Origin: an uncultured Alphaproteobacteria bacterium | GTDB taxonomy: Bacteria; Pseudomonadota; Alphaproteobacteria; Rhizobiales; Hyphomicrobiaceae | Assembly (NCBI GenBank): GCA_963847865.1 | Contig: CAWKBL010000012.1 | Coordinates: 967,411 to 1,031,410, forward strand | Length of the DNA: 64,000 nt | Reading direction: 5' to 3' | Part shown: piece by piece, positions 1 through 10,558 of the stretch | Layout of the letters: each line of letters opens with the position of its first letter | Numbering within the stretch: the stretch's first letter is position 1 | The notes under the pieces: model-generated | Databases searched by the model: none | What the model was told of the DNA's origin: nothing | Seen by the model: the letters and a program-made list of their open reading frames with translations, nothing else | Program-made: the position numbers and the translations under genes

Positions 1-682
1 CGATACCGCGCTCATCGTTGCCGTCGACGTGTCGAACTCCGTCGACGATCAGCGCTACCGGCTGCAGATGGAGGGCATCGCCCAGGCGCTGGAGGATCCC
101 GGCGTCATCCAGGCGATCGTGGGCGGGGCCAAGGGCGGCATCCTGTTCTCGATGGTCACGTGGGCCGACCTTCCCAAGGTGGCGCTGCCGTGGACGCGCA
201 TCGCCAGCGCGGAGCAGGCGCGCGCCGCGGCCAAGCTCGTGCGCACGATGGCGCGCCAAAGCGGGGAGTTCACCTGCATGTCGCGCATGATGCGCTTCGT
301 GTCGGACAAGATGGTGTCGCAGATCCCGGCCAAGGCCGCCAAGGTGGTGCTCGACGTATCGGGCGACGGCCCCGACAACTGCAACTCCGACGAGCCGATC
401 GACGCGGTGCGCGACGAGCTGGTGAAGTACGCGGTGACGGTGAACGGGCTTCCCATCCTGGAGGGCACGGGGGAAGTTGCGGAGGCCCCCGGAGGCGTCA
501 CGAGCCAATCGTATCTGCCGGGCGAGCAGACGAACGCGCCGCTTGAAGACTGGTACCGCGATCACGTCAAGGGCGGGCCCGGCTCCTTCGTGCTGCCCGC
601 CAACGGCTACTCCGACTTCGGCCGCGCGATCCGCCAGAAGTTCGTCCTCGAGGTCAGCCTGCTTTTCCCGTCGCTACCGTGA
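1..682 (+). CDS. DUF1194 (vWA-like) domain protein, 5'-partial; reading frame continues upstream of window
   Basis: ORF 29..682 is in frame with window start; sequence resembles alphaproteobacterial DUF1194 proteins by eye. Confidence 0.55.
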   Translation, partial: DTALIVAVDVSNSVDDQRYRLQMEGIAQALEDPGVIQAIVGGAKGGILFSMVTWADLPKVALPWTRIASAEQARAAAKLVRTMARQSGEFTCMSRMMRFVSDKMVSQIPAKAAKVVLDVSGDGPDNCNSDEPIDAVRDELVKYAVTVNGLPILEGTGEVAEAPGGVTSQSYLPGEQTNAPLEDWYRDHVKGGPGSFVLPANGYSDFGRAIRQKFVLEVSLLFPSLP

Positions 683-692
683 CGCGCTTTCC

Positions 693-1496
693 TCAATCGA
701 CGTAGGCGCGATCGACGTTCTTCATGGTGTTCATGTTGCGGGCGCTCTCCTTGCCGCGCAGCGACAGGAGCCGGGTCGAGTTCACGTCGGCCTTGTTGAA
801 ATTGGCGCCCGTCACGTCGGCCCCGGTGAAATCCGCCCCGCCGAGCTCGCTGCCCATGAGGTTGGCGCCGCGCAGGTTGGCATCCTTGAGGGAAGCGTAT
901 TCCATCATGACGCGGGCGAGGTTGGCGTTCTCGAAGTTGGCGCCTTCCAGGTTGGCCGAGCGGAAGGCCCCGCGCATCAGCCCCATCGACTGGTTCTTCA
1001 TGTCGGCGGAGAGATCGGCGTTCTTGAAGCTGGCGCCTTTCAGGCTGGCGCGGGCAAAGTCGGCGGCGATGCGCGCGCCTTCGAAGTTGGCGCCATCCAT
1101 CTTGGCGTCGCGGAACTGCGTGGAAAAGAGGCTTGCTCCCTTGAAGCTCGCGTTGGTGAAGTCGGATTTGAGCGCCCACGCCTGATCGAGTACGACACCG
1201 TCGAGATTGGCGCCGACGAACTTCGCGTCGTTGATGCGCGCGGACTGCAATTTCAGCTTGCGCAGGTCGAGCCCCGACAGGTCGAGCCCGTTGAGGCGCT
1301 TGCCCGAAAGGTCGGCGACGCCGTCGGCGCCCGCGGCGGCGATAGCTGCAAGCACGTCATCACGGGTCATGTCGGCCTTGGTGAACTCGTCGGATTTCAG
1401 ATCGAGCTGATCGATCATTTCCGTGGCATGCGGGCTGCTGGCGAGCGCGAGCAGCAGGGTCGCCGCGAGAGCCGAAGAAAAGAGCCGGCGCCGCAT
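693..1496 (-). CDS. pentapeptide-repeat protein with N-terminal signal peptide
   Basis: 267 aa; tandem A(D/N)LxxA(N/D)Fxx pentapeptide repeats throughout; hydrophobic N-terminus. Confidence 0.75.
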   Translation of the reverse strand: MRRRLFSSALAATLLLALASSPHATEMIDQLDLKSDEFTKADMTRDDVLAAIAAAGADGVADLSGKRLNGLDLSGLDLRKLKLQSARINDAKFVGANLDGVVLDQAWALKSDFTNASFKGASLFSTQFRDAKMDGANFEGARIAADFARASLKGASFKNADLSADMKNQSMGLMRGAFRSANLEGANFENANLARVMMEYASLKDANLRGANLMGSELGGADFTGADVTGANFNKADVNSTRLLSLRGKESARNMNTMKNVDRAYVD

Positions 1497-1538
1497 ATGT
1501 CATCCTCCACAAATTCTTGTTCTCTTTATTGTCGGCGG

Positions 1539-1739
1539 TCAGAGATCCTGCACGTCGCCTGAGGCGCAGCTCCAGCGCACGATCCGCCAGCCGGGGTGCT
1601 GTGCGGTCCAGTTTGCAAAATGCGGCTGCGCATCCGTCATGCAATGGCTCGGATCGATGCCCGATGCCAACGGGATGCGATAGTTCTTGCATACGCCCGG
1701 GTTGGCCGCGAGGCAGGCTGAGATCACGATTGCGATCAT
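1539..1739 (-). CDS. small hypothetical Cys-containing protein (66 aa)
   Basis: ORF with GAGGAG RBS 5 nt upstream of ATG; 4 Cys; no recognisable family. Confidence 0.3.
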   Translation of the reverse strand: MIAIVISACLAANPGVCKNYRIPLASGIDPSHCMTDAQPHFANWTAQHPGWRIVRWSCASGDVQDL

Positions 1740-1900
1740 GCGAGGCTCCTCGGTTGTTGGTCTTATAGCGCGCCTGGATCAGCACTTTGTAATGTTATTG
1801 CATTGTAGCGCGCGGGTAAATGCCGCGAATTATAGTTCGCGCGGGCCGCGCAAGTGTTACGCCGCGGCCCTCCAGGAGCGCAGATCTTGGGGCAATTTGC

Positions 1901-2710
1901 TCAGGCGGTAATAAGTATTTCGCCTTTGCCGATGGTCGCCAGATCACCGGCGTACTTGCGCACGGGGCCGGCGATGGGCCGGGGTGCCAGCGGACCGAGG
2001 ACGGCTGCGAGATAGCGCGAAAGTATGCGCAGGATCACGAGATCCTGCCTGCCGGTATCGACGAAAGTCGGAAGCATCTTCTCGACGGAAGGGCCGATGA
2101 GGGTCCCGCGCCGCAATAATATGCCCGGCGCCGGCCCAAATCCCTGCTCGGTCCAGATCGTGCCGCCGAGCATGCGCGAGCCGGCGTTCATTCCGCAGCG
2201 TCCGCGCACGATGATGGTTCCCCGCCGCATGCGCTCGCCGGTACGGTCACCGGCATGACCGTCCACGACCACGATGCCGCCGGTCATGCCGAAGGAGTCG
2301 CCCACCCGCTGCCCGCCGATGAACCCGCCGGCGGAGCCCTTGACGTAGACGAGGCCGCCCGCGAGCCCGGAGGCAAGCCACGGGCCGGCGTCGCCGCGGA
2401 TCTCCAGCTTGCCGCCGCGCATCGAGCGGCCGGCGCACATGCCGGCATCGCCTTCGACGATCACCGTGCCCTGGTCGAGCTCGGCGCCGATGAAATCGAG
2501 ACGGCTCGAGCCGCCGGCAATCGTCACCGTGTCGCCGGCCTTGCCCGAAACCGAGAAGACGTCTCCGACCGTCAGCTTGCGCTTCGAGGTGCCGACGACG
2601 AGCCGGGCGATGTCGCCGGGGGATATGGCGGCGAGGTGGCTCGGGGTCAGCTTCGAAAGATCGAGGCGCTCGTCGGGGACGGCTACGAGCCGGAAGGTCA
2701 GACCGCTCAT
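1901..2710 (-). CDS. fhcC: formyltransferase/hydrolase complex subunit C (FwdC-like)
   Basis: 269 aa from MSGLTFRL...; Gly-rich beta-helix repeats (GGxxxG) typical of FwdC/FhcC; ATGA overlap with upstream fhcD stop; intact. Confidence 0.85.
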   Translation of the reverse strand: MSGLTFRLVAVPDERLDLSKLTPSHLAAISPGDIARLVVGTSKRKLTVGDVFSVSGKAGDTVTIAGGSSRLDFIGAELDQGTVIVEGDAGMCAGRSMRGGKLEIRGDAGPWLASGLAGGLVYVKGSAGGFIGGQRVGDSFGMTGGIVVVDGHAGDRTGERMRRGTIIVRGRCGMNAGSRMLGGTIWTEQGFGPAPGILLRRGTLIGPSVEKMLPTFVDTGRQDLVILRILSRYLAAVLGPLAPRPIAGPVRKYAGDLATIGKGEILITA

Positions 2711-3605
2711 GGCAGCAGATCCAACAAATGATAATGATGCTGGCCGAGCTTGCCGCCATAGTTGCCGGCGGTGACCCTGCGTCACGCCCTTGGCGGCGCC
2801 GATGCCGACGATCGTCTTGAGCGCCGCCCTCATGGCGTCGGCAACGGCTTTCGAGGTCAGGCCGTCGATGACGATCTCGAGCACGGCGACGACGTCGGGG
2901 CCAAGCTCGCTTTTGACGCGGCCGCGCAACGTCGGGCAGAAGGCATCGTTGGTCGAGGCGACCATGCCCTTGTACTTGGCGCCGACCTTAGAGCCGGAGC
3001 GGACGATGCCGCCCGGGAAGGGCGTGATCACGTCGGGGACCTCGGCGATCGCGGCGACCGCCCTCTGCCGCGGTGAGCAGGCCGGCGCGGTCGGGGCCGA
3101 GGATCAGCATGTTGCCGCCGCCGACCGCGTCGGTCATGATGCCGGTCGTCTCCTCGACCACGAACTCGCCGTCCATGACGGGCACGCGCCAGTAGCGGCT
3201 TTCGCCCAGCCGCTTCGCGGTCTGGAAGCCGTCGCCGAAAAAGCGCGGGCCTTGCCGAGCGCGATCCGCTTCTTGGCCTCGAGGCCCGCGTAGCAGGCCG
3301 AGCCGGGGCTCGTCAGCACGCATTGGCCGACGCGGTTCTTGAGCTGCGGGACGAGCGCGTCGGGCGAAAAGCCGAACAGCAGCACGCGCACGCCGGGGCG
3401 GCCGTCCGGCGTCTCGTCGGGCTTGAGCTCGCGGTCGATGCCGCCCTCGGCGCCGCAGCCGATGACGGAGGTGCCGAAGCCGGTCATGGTCACGGCGGCC
3501 ACTGCGCGCCCAGTGCGGCGTATCGGCGGTGATGACGACGCCGGTGGCGCTCATGCCGAAGGCCTCGGCGAAGGTGTCGTCGATCGTGATGCCGTTGACC
3601 TTCAT
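2707..3605 (-). pseudogene. fhcD: formylmethanofuran:H4MPT formyltransferase FhcD (Ftr), interrupted by about 4 frameshifts (may be sequence error)
   Basis: N-terminus MKVNGITIDDTFAEAFGMSATG, middle TGFGTSVIGCGAEGGIDREL and C-terminus GNYGGKLGQHHYHLLDLLP* are found in alternating frames. Confidence 0.7.
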
Positions 3606-5267
3606 GACACGCTGGCCTTGGTCGGTTGCACGATGAGCGGGCCGCGGCCGCCGTCGATGATCTCCTCGTCGGAGAGGCGGAAGTTGTCCATGCGCACGGT
3701 GTGATAGCGGTCGAAGTAGTCCTTGAGCGACTTCTCGATGCGCGCGATCGTATTCCGGCCGCGCCACGTGCGTGGCCCCTTGCACGACCTTGATGACCTT
3801 GCCGTCGCGCACGATGAGCTCGCCGTTCTTGAAGACGAGCTCGGGCTTCGTGAACATCGCCTCGCGGTCGGGGTCGTCGTTATAGACGGTGATGTCGGCG
3901 CAGGCGCCGACGCCCAAGTGGCCGCGGTCCTTGAGGCCCAGGCTGCGCGCCGGACCGGCTCGGGTCATGATCGGCGATCTCGTAGAGGGAGTATTCGCGC
4001 TCGAGCGACGGGAGCGTGCTGTTCTTGAGGGCGTCGGGATGCACCTTCTGCATCATGTCGTTGCGGAAGCGCTGTCCATCAGCAGCCGGATGAGATGCGG
4101 GTAGGTGTGAACGGCGCGCCATTGGGGTGGTCCGTCGTCAGGAACATGCGCCAGGGATCCTTGAACAGCAGGAACATCTCAAGCCCGATCGCCCATTGCA
4201 GCGCGTTGACGAAGCTCTTGTCGCGATAGCGGAACGGGACGACGCCGCAGCCGGCGTCGCACTCGATGTCCATGACGACCCATCGCTTGGGGTCGCGGCT
4301 GGCGCCGTTGTACTGGCGCATGGTGTCGCCCGAGGCGGTGCAGGTCTGGCCGAACATGACCTGGCCGACGTCGATGGAGATGTTCGGGTTCTTGCTTGAG
4401 CAGCTCGGCGATGCGGCGCGGCACCGGAGCGAGAAGTGGCGGTCGCCTTCGGTCGCCGTAGCTGTGGAACTGGATGTGGGTCAGATGGATCGGCAGGCCT
4501 TCGGCGCCGCTGATGGTCGCGAGCGTCGTCTCGACGTTGCCGGGAACGCCGAGGTTGCAGCCGTGGACGTGCAGGGGATGGGTGACGCCGAGCTCGTGCA
4601 GTCCGCGCGCAAGCGTCACGATGATGTCGCGCGGCGTGACGCCGTAATAGACGTGCTTCTCGTCGAGATCGAGCTTGCGCTGGTTGAACTTGAAGGCGCT
4701 GATGCCGCCGGGATTGACGACCTTGACGGCGATCGCCTGGGCGGCGTGCATCGTCCAGGCGATATAGTCCTTGATCGCGAGAAGTCCTTCTTGCCGGCGA
4801 TCTGGCGCAGGAGGAAATCGTCGTTGCCGAGCATGACGAAGGCGCCCTTGTCGATGATCGGCGTGTCGGCCATCTCCATGTGCGCCTGACGCGCGTTGGC
4901 GGGCAGCATCGCCGGCTCGAAGCCGGCGGTGTAGCCCATCTCGGCGTAGCGATAGCCCGTGATCATGCGTCGAGGGCAGGCGTGCCGGTGCCGGCGCGCG
5001 TGAGCGCGGTGTGCGCGACCTCGTCGGCGCAGTGATCCTCGGGCAGCAGCGTGCGCGCGATCGTCACCTTGCCGCCGCCGATGTGCGTGTGCGGATCGAT
5101 GGCGCCCGCCATGACGATGTTGCCATGGACGGTCGTATTCCTGGTCGATGCGGCGCTTCGGGCGCCGGCGCAACGATGCGGCCGTCCTCGATGTAGATGT
5201 CGCGCACCTCGCCGTCGACCATGTTGGCGGGGTCGTAGACTTTTCCGCCGGTGAGCTTGATGATCAT
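3602..5267 (-). pseudogene. fhcA: FhcA (FwdA-like amidohydrolase) with at least 6 frameshifts (may be sequence error)
   Basis: N-terminus MIIKLTGGKVYDP..., HVHGCNLGVPGN and C-terminus ...DYFDRYHTVRMDNF...* are spread over 5-6 ORF fragments in different frames; stop overlaps fhcD ATG. Confidence 0.7.
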
Positions 5268-5285
5268 CCGCGATGCTCGCGAATT

Positions 5286-6642
5286 CTAGAGGGCTGTTTC
5301 GATTTTGGCGAGCACGTCGGCTGCGCGCGGCAAGCGCGATCGGCCGAGATTCTTCAGCGGCAGCGACACGACGTTGTCGCAACGGACCACGTCCGGCATG
5401 GTCGACGCCCGGGCGTGCCGACCGGAATGAAGACGTTCGGCGGCTGGCTCAGCCTGATGCCGGGCGTGACCGAGAACGATCGTCGGGATGCGGTCGCGGG
5501 CGGCACGAGGTCGGGCGAGAGGGAGGTGAGCCAGAAAAGAAGATCGCCCTCGTTCTCGGCGAGCATGCGGCCGATCGAGTAGCGGTAGGAATCGTACTCG
5601 GGCTTGCCGGTTGCGAAGCTGACGCGCAAGAGGAAAGCCCGACTGCCAGGTCGCGACGGCGGCGGCCGTCGGCGCGCCTTCGTTGCCGCCGAGCGAGAGG
5701 CCAGCGAAGCGCGTCGTGACGTTGATTTCCTTCACGATCTCGGAGATGAGGTGCACGGCAAGGTCGGCGTGCGGGAAGTTCAGGCCCGGCGGGGCCCACA
5801 CCATCACGCCGTAGCTTGCGCCGCCTTGCATTTTCGCGAGGCATCGAAAAGCGAGAGCTTGACGCCGGCGATTCCCGGCGCGGCACGCCGCCGTCGCGCG
5901 AGCGCGAGCAGCAGCGCCGAGAGGATGCCGCTGCGCTTCGCGGGCCGCCGTCTCGTGGTCGTTGAGCGGCGCACCGCGCAAGCGCGCACGCAGTACGCCA
6001 GCACCTCGGTCAGGCGCTCGCTCGGGCAGGGATCTTGATGACTTCGCCGATGCGCGGCCCGTTGGCTGTCGAGGTGTCGAGCCCTCGCCGATGAAGACCA
6101 CGGTGCGTTTGGAGGACGTGTCGGCGAACATGGAACTGCCGGGCAGACGATGCGCTCGAAAAAGCGGCCGTGCAACTCGTGGACGTCGGTGCCGACGATG
6201 ATGAAAAGATCGGCGCGGTTGCGTGCCTCGGTGAGCGTGGACATGATCCAGCCGCTCGTCTGCAGCACCTTCAAATTGCGGAACTGCGCTTCGCTCAGAG
6301 CGTGGTCGACGATGCCGCCGGCTTTTTCGGCGAGCGACATGACGGCGCGGATGCCGTCGACGTCGGTGGCGAGGCCACCGAAGAGCGGGAAGCTTGGCCT
6401 TGATGCAGCGGGCGGCGGCCGGGATGGCCTCGTCGAGCGAGACCTCCTTGCCCTCGACCTGCGGGCTTGGCCGTGGGGAGGATGCGCTCGAAGCCGGCGA
6501 CCGACTGTGCGCAGCCGTTCTTCAGGACTTTCAGGCGGTCCCGGTGCGCGCGATCTCGAGATCGTCGCAAAGGAGTCCGCAAAACGGGCAAGTGACATTC
6601 TCGTAGAGTTCGGAAGCGGCTCCTCGCCGGATCCAACGCCTG
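5286..6642 (-). pseudogene. fhcB: FhcB (FwdB-like) with multiple frameshifts; 5' end approximate
   Basis: NVTCPFCGLLCDDLEI, LKVLKNGCAQSVAGFERI, LFGGLATDVDGIRAVMSLAEKAGGIVDH and GASYGVMVWAPPGLNFPHADL lie in different frames. Confidence 0.6.
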
Positions 6643-6825
6643 TGCAGCTCATGTCGATGCAGTCTCCCTCGCGCGGGCCGCAACAAAGCACGGACGCCGC
6701 TCAAAACAACACCGGCGCGAATGCGGCGCTTTGCCGGGGCGCCGGCAATTGCGAAGGCTTTGTCCCCGCCACTATGGTCGGCGCCCGAGGCGCGCCAGAA
6801 ACATTAGAGACCCGGAGGAAGCCTG

Positions 6826-7359
6826 ATGTAGAAGCACTTGTGTTGGGGTCGGCCGTTCTGGCCCTGTTGCCCGTTGCTGCGTCCGCTCACGGCCGAGCCG
6901 CCAGAAGGTGACCGAGACGGTCGAGATCAACGCATCTCGCCGACAAGGTGTGGAAGGTGATCGGCAATTTCCAGGACATGAGCTGGCATCCGGCCGTCGC
7001 CAAGCTGAGGGCACGCGGCGGCAACGACCGCCAACGCAACGCGCACGCTGACGCTCAAGTCGGGCGGCACGATCGAGGAGAAGCTCGACAAGTACGACGC
7101 CCGAAAAGATGACAGTACAAGTACGAGATCACCAACGTCGACGTGAAGGTTCTTCCCGTCAACGACTATCTCGTCGATCTAGCGTGAAGGGCGAGGGCGA
7201 CAAGTCGACGGTCGAATGGCGCGGCGCGTTTCTATCGCGGGTACATGAACAATGATCCGCCGCCCGAGCTCAACGACGAGGCGGCGATGAAGGCGGTCGA
7301 GCGGCCTCTACCGCGGCGGCCTCGATGCGCTGAAGAAGAAGCTCGAGGCTGGCGGCTGA
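6826..7359 (+). pseudogene. MxaD-like SRPBCC (polyketide cyclase-like) periplasmic protein, frameshifted; ATG is followed immediately by TAG in frame
   Basis: Signal peptide ALVLGSAVLALLPVAASAHG, then KVWKVIGNFQDMSWHPAVAK and TLTLKSGGTIEEKLDKYDA in shifting frames; GGAGGAAG RBS. Confidence 0.5.
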
Positions 7360-7364
7360 GGATC

Positions 7365-8335
7365 GGGCGTGCGCACGCACTTTTCGCGGGTTGCCTGCGC
7401 CGCGCCGGTGCGGTGCTCGCCGCCGCGCGGCTTTGGCCGGCGCGCGCGATTGCCGCGGAGCGCTCCGCGCGTCACCGAAGCCTTCGTCACCGATCAGACG
7501 GGCGATTCGCTGTCGATCGTCGGATCTCGACGACGCTGCGGGTCGCGCAAACCATGAAGATCGGCGGCAAGCCGGCCGGCATCGCCATGTCGGGCGACGG
7601 CAAGCGCGTACATCACCGCGCCCGAGGGCAAGGAGCTCATCGTCGTCGATGCCGTGACGCGCGGCTCGTCAAGCGCATGAAGGTCGGCGAGGGACCGCTC
7701 GGCGTCGCGGCCCATCCCACGAACGGCCGCGTCTACGTCGCCGACTGGTACACGCACAAGATCTACGTCGTCGATCCCGACGCCGGCGCGATCGTCAGCG
7801 AGATCGAGGTCGGGCAAGTCGCCCTCCGGCCTCGCGGTCACGCCCGACGGGCGGCTGCTGCTTAGCGCCGACCGCGACAGCAACGCGGTGTCGTTCATCG
7901 ATGCGGCAAACGAATGCGCGCCTCGGCACGGTGCCGGTCGGCGACGCGCCCTTCGGCATCACCATCGATCGCGAGGGCGGCGCGCCTATACCGCGAACGT
8001 CGGCAGCAACGACGTGAGCGTGATCGACATCGCGAGCCGCAAAGTGATCGCGACGGTTCCGGTCGGGAGGCGCCCCTACGCGGTGGCGCTGGCCGGCGGG
8101 CGCGCGTTCGTGACCAACCAATACGGCGGAACGGTCAGCGTCATCGATACTGGCGAGCTGAAGGTGATCAAGACGATCGAGGTCGGCGACCATCCCGAAG
8201 GGATCGAGGCCGATGCGGCGCGGAGACTACGTCTATGTCGCCTGCTGGTTCGACAACGTGCTGCAGCGCATCGATGCCGCCAGCATGACTCACGGGGGAG
8301 GCAGCGGTCGGCGACGGTCCGCGCGCCTTCGGCCT
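7365..8335 (+). pseudogene. YVTN-family beta-propeller repeat protein, frameshifted; ends approximate
   Basis: Repeated blades (...RVYVADWYTHKIYVVD..., ...RAYTANVGSNDVSVIDIASRKVIATVPVG..., ...AFVTNQYGGTVSVIDTGELKVIKTIEVG...) across 3 frames. Confidence 0.55.
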
Positions 8336-8522
8336 TTTTCTGCGCTGAGGCGACCCCGCCGCGGCCGCCCTGGCGAGGATCTTGCTCATGCAGGTGCGGT
8401 TCCCGCCGCCGGTGCATGACCAATCGTTAAGGATTCGCGCTGTGGACGGGCGCGCGCCTCAGAGGTTAGAACAGGCCCCAAAGGCTGGGCTTCAACAACT
8501 TGAATAGGAAGGAAACTCGAGT

Positions 8523-9227
8523 ATGCGGGTCTCTAGTGGGAGCGGCGCCCTTTTGGCGCTCATCGTCGCGCTCTGGTCCGGTGCTGGCTCGGCGGCAGTC
8601 GCGGCCGATCCGCTGACCGCGGTCAACATCATCTTCGAGCAAAAGCACCTTTTGAACGTGGAGCAGGGCAAAGAGCTCGACTACAAGTTCAGCCGGACTG
8701 TTTCGAACCCGCAGCTTCTGGGTGAGCCGTTCAAGGACAACGTCACCTTGAAGGTTGTGGGCGAGAAGCCCACCGGAGAGCGCGACGTCGATCTGCAGAT
8801 CTATACGGGCGACCGCGCGCGCGACCTGCAGAAGCTGCCGGGTCTCTTCGTCAATCCGGTTTTTCAGGTCTATTTCAGCCAGGCGGTCAACAGCATGGGC
8901 ATGCTGTCCGGGGGCAAGACGCCTTATCTGACGCGAGCCTTCTCGCTGGGGTTCAAGGACAAGGCGAAGGTCGAGCCGACTAAGGTCGAATACCAGGGCA
9001 AGAAGGTCGACGCCTACCGCATCTCGATGGTGCCTTATGCCGGCGACAGGAACGAGTCCAAGATGCAGGGGTGGGAAGGGGCCGAGTACACGCTCGTCGT
9101 GAGCGACCAGGTCCCCGGCGAAATCGTCGACCTTGTCGCCAACTACAAGAACAAGTACCCCGGTGATCTCCGGCTCGTCGAGCGCTACACGCTCGACGGC
9201 GTGACCGGCGTGGAGGATATCAAATGA
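8523..9227 (+). CDS. hypothetical secreted protein (234 aa), intact, no family recognised
   Basis: Signal peptide LLALIVALWSGAGSAAVAA; intact ORF in a frameshift-rich neighbourhood; ATGA overlap with next ORF. Confidence 0.6.
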   Translation: MRVSSGSGALLALIVALWSGAGSAAVAADPLTAVNIIFEQKHLLNVEQGKELDYKFSRTVSNPQLLGEPFKDNVTLKVVGEKPTGERDVDLQIYTGDRARDLQKLPGLFVNPVFQVYFSQAVNSMGMLSGGKTPYLTRAFSLGFKDKAKVEPTKVEYQGKKVDAYRISMVPYAGDRNESKMQGWEGAEYTLVVSDQVPGEIVDLVANYKNKYPGDLRLVERYTLDGVTGVEDIK

Positions 9228-9581
9228 AGCTGCGATCTCTACTGTTGGCCGGGGTGCTGACCGCTGCCGGCGCAGGCACGATGGCACGCGCCGTGGAGCT
9301 GCCCGTCAATGACTACCCGACGTATGCCCGCGCCGATTACGTGTTCGCGTGCATGCAGACCAACGGCCGGACGCGCGCCTGCGCTCGAGAAGTGCTCCTG
9401 CTCCATCGATCAGATCGCGGCGCTGCTGCCGTTCGACGAATACGAGCAGGCCGAGACGATCCTGTCGGTGCGCCAGAAGGGCGGCGAGAACGTCACGATG
9501 TTCAACAGCTACGCGCCGCTGCTCGAGAAGGTGAAGAACTTGAAGCGCGCGCAGGTCGAAGCGGAGCTTCGCTGCTTCTGA
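9224..9581 (+). CDS. hypothetical secreted protein (about 118 aa) with one apparent frameshift near 9375
   Basis: Signal peptide MKLRSLLLAGVLTAAGAGTMA; C-terminal half continues in ORF 9309..9581 frame (...QIAALLPFDEYEQAE...ELRCF*). Confidence 0.45.
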
Positions 9582-9636
9582 GGGAAGCGGAGCTTCGCTG
9601 CTTCTGACGGGAACTTGCGCAGGGCGCCAAAGAATT

Positions 9637-9670
9637 AAGGGCACCACGCCGCGTGGTGCCCTTTTTGCTG
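9637..9670 (+). terminator. rho-independent terminator (GGGCACCACG-ccg-CGTGGTGCCC then TTTTT)
   Basis: Perfect 10-bp stem followed by T5, directly after the 9224..9581 ORF. Confidence 0.7.
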
Positions 9671-9689
9671 TTTGCGGCTTTGTCCTGGC

Positions 9690-10523
9690 TCAGGACGCCT
9701 TGTCGGCGGAGGTCGCCGTGAACTCGGCGCCGTCGGTATCCTTGACGGTAACCTCCAGCGTATTGTCCTTGGCGGGCGCGAACGTGAAGCGGAAGTTGGG
9801 GTTCTCCGAGATGGAGATCCCGCCCTCCATGCGGAAGACGAGCTCGCCGCCGCGCTTGACCGTCAGCTCCTGCACGAACCTCGCCGGCGTGTAGTCGCGC
9901 GTCACCTGATCCATCTGCATGCCCGTGAAATTGGGGTGGCGCACCATGACTTGCGCCTCGCGCGTTGCGGGCGTGCGATCGGCGGACTTGTCGAACGTGC
10001 GGATCTGCATCTTGCCGAGGTTGGCGAAGGCCTCGTCGGCATCCTTTCCCGCCGCCGCCGAGCAGCCGCCGGAGGCTTTCACGTATTTCGTCGCCATGTG
10101 CAGCTTGCCGTCCGTCGTCTCGATCACCGCGCGGACGTTGGAGTACATGTCGATGCGAACGCGCGTGGAGAGCATGCGGTCGCCCTTTCCGGCGGCGTCT
10201 CCGAAATGGAAGGTGGCCGCGACCGGGGCGGGGTTCTTTTCGATGACGAGCGTGAGCGTCTTCACGTCGCCGGCGATACTCGCCGGGATTCGCATGGTGA
10301 GCGGAACGACGGCGGCGTCCTCGGCCCGGTAGGGGGCGTCCAGCGTGATCGTTCCGTCCTCCTCGAGGATGTCGCGGTTGTCGAAGACGTCGCGCTTGAT
10401 GTCGGGCCAGGGATCATCGGCGCGCGCCGGCGCGCCCGAAAGCGCCATGGCGAACGCGGCGGCCAGAGCCATGAGAATTGGGCTGGAGCGCCTTGCCGCG
10501 GGCATGCGCATCGTTGCTTGCAT
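9690..10523 (-). CDS. quinoprotein dehydrogenase-associated SoxYZ-like carrier protein
   Basis: Signal peptide [35 protein letters not shown]; SoxY/SoxZ-like beta-sandwich organisation; GGAGGAAG RBS; adjacent to MBL hydrolase and xoxF. Confidence 0.65.
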   Translation of the reverse strand: MQATMRMPAARRSSPILMALAAAFAMALSGAPARADDPWPDIKRDVFDNRDILEEDGTITLDAPYRAEDAAVVPLTMRIPASIAGDVKTLTLVIEKNPAPVAATFHFGDAAGKGDRMLSTRVRIDMYSNVRAVIETTDGKLHMATKYVKASGGCSAAAGKDADEAFANLGKMQIRTFDKSADRTPATREAQVMVRHPNFTGMQMDQVTRDYTPARFVQELTVKRGGELVFRMEGGISISENPNFRFTFAPAKDNTLEVTVKDTDGAEFTATSADKAS

Positions 10524-10558
10524 AGTGCTTCCTCCACGGTAGCCACGCCGTCGCGGGC

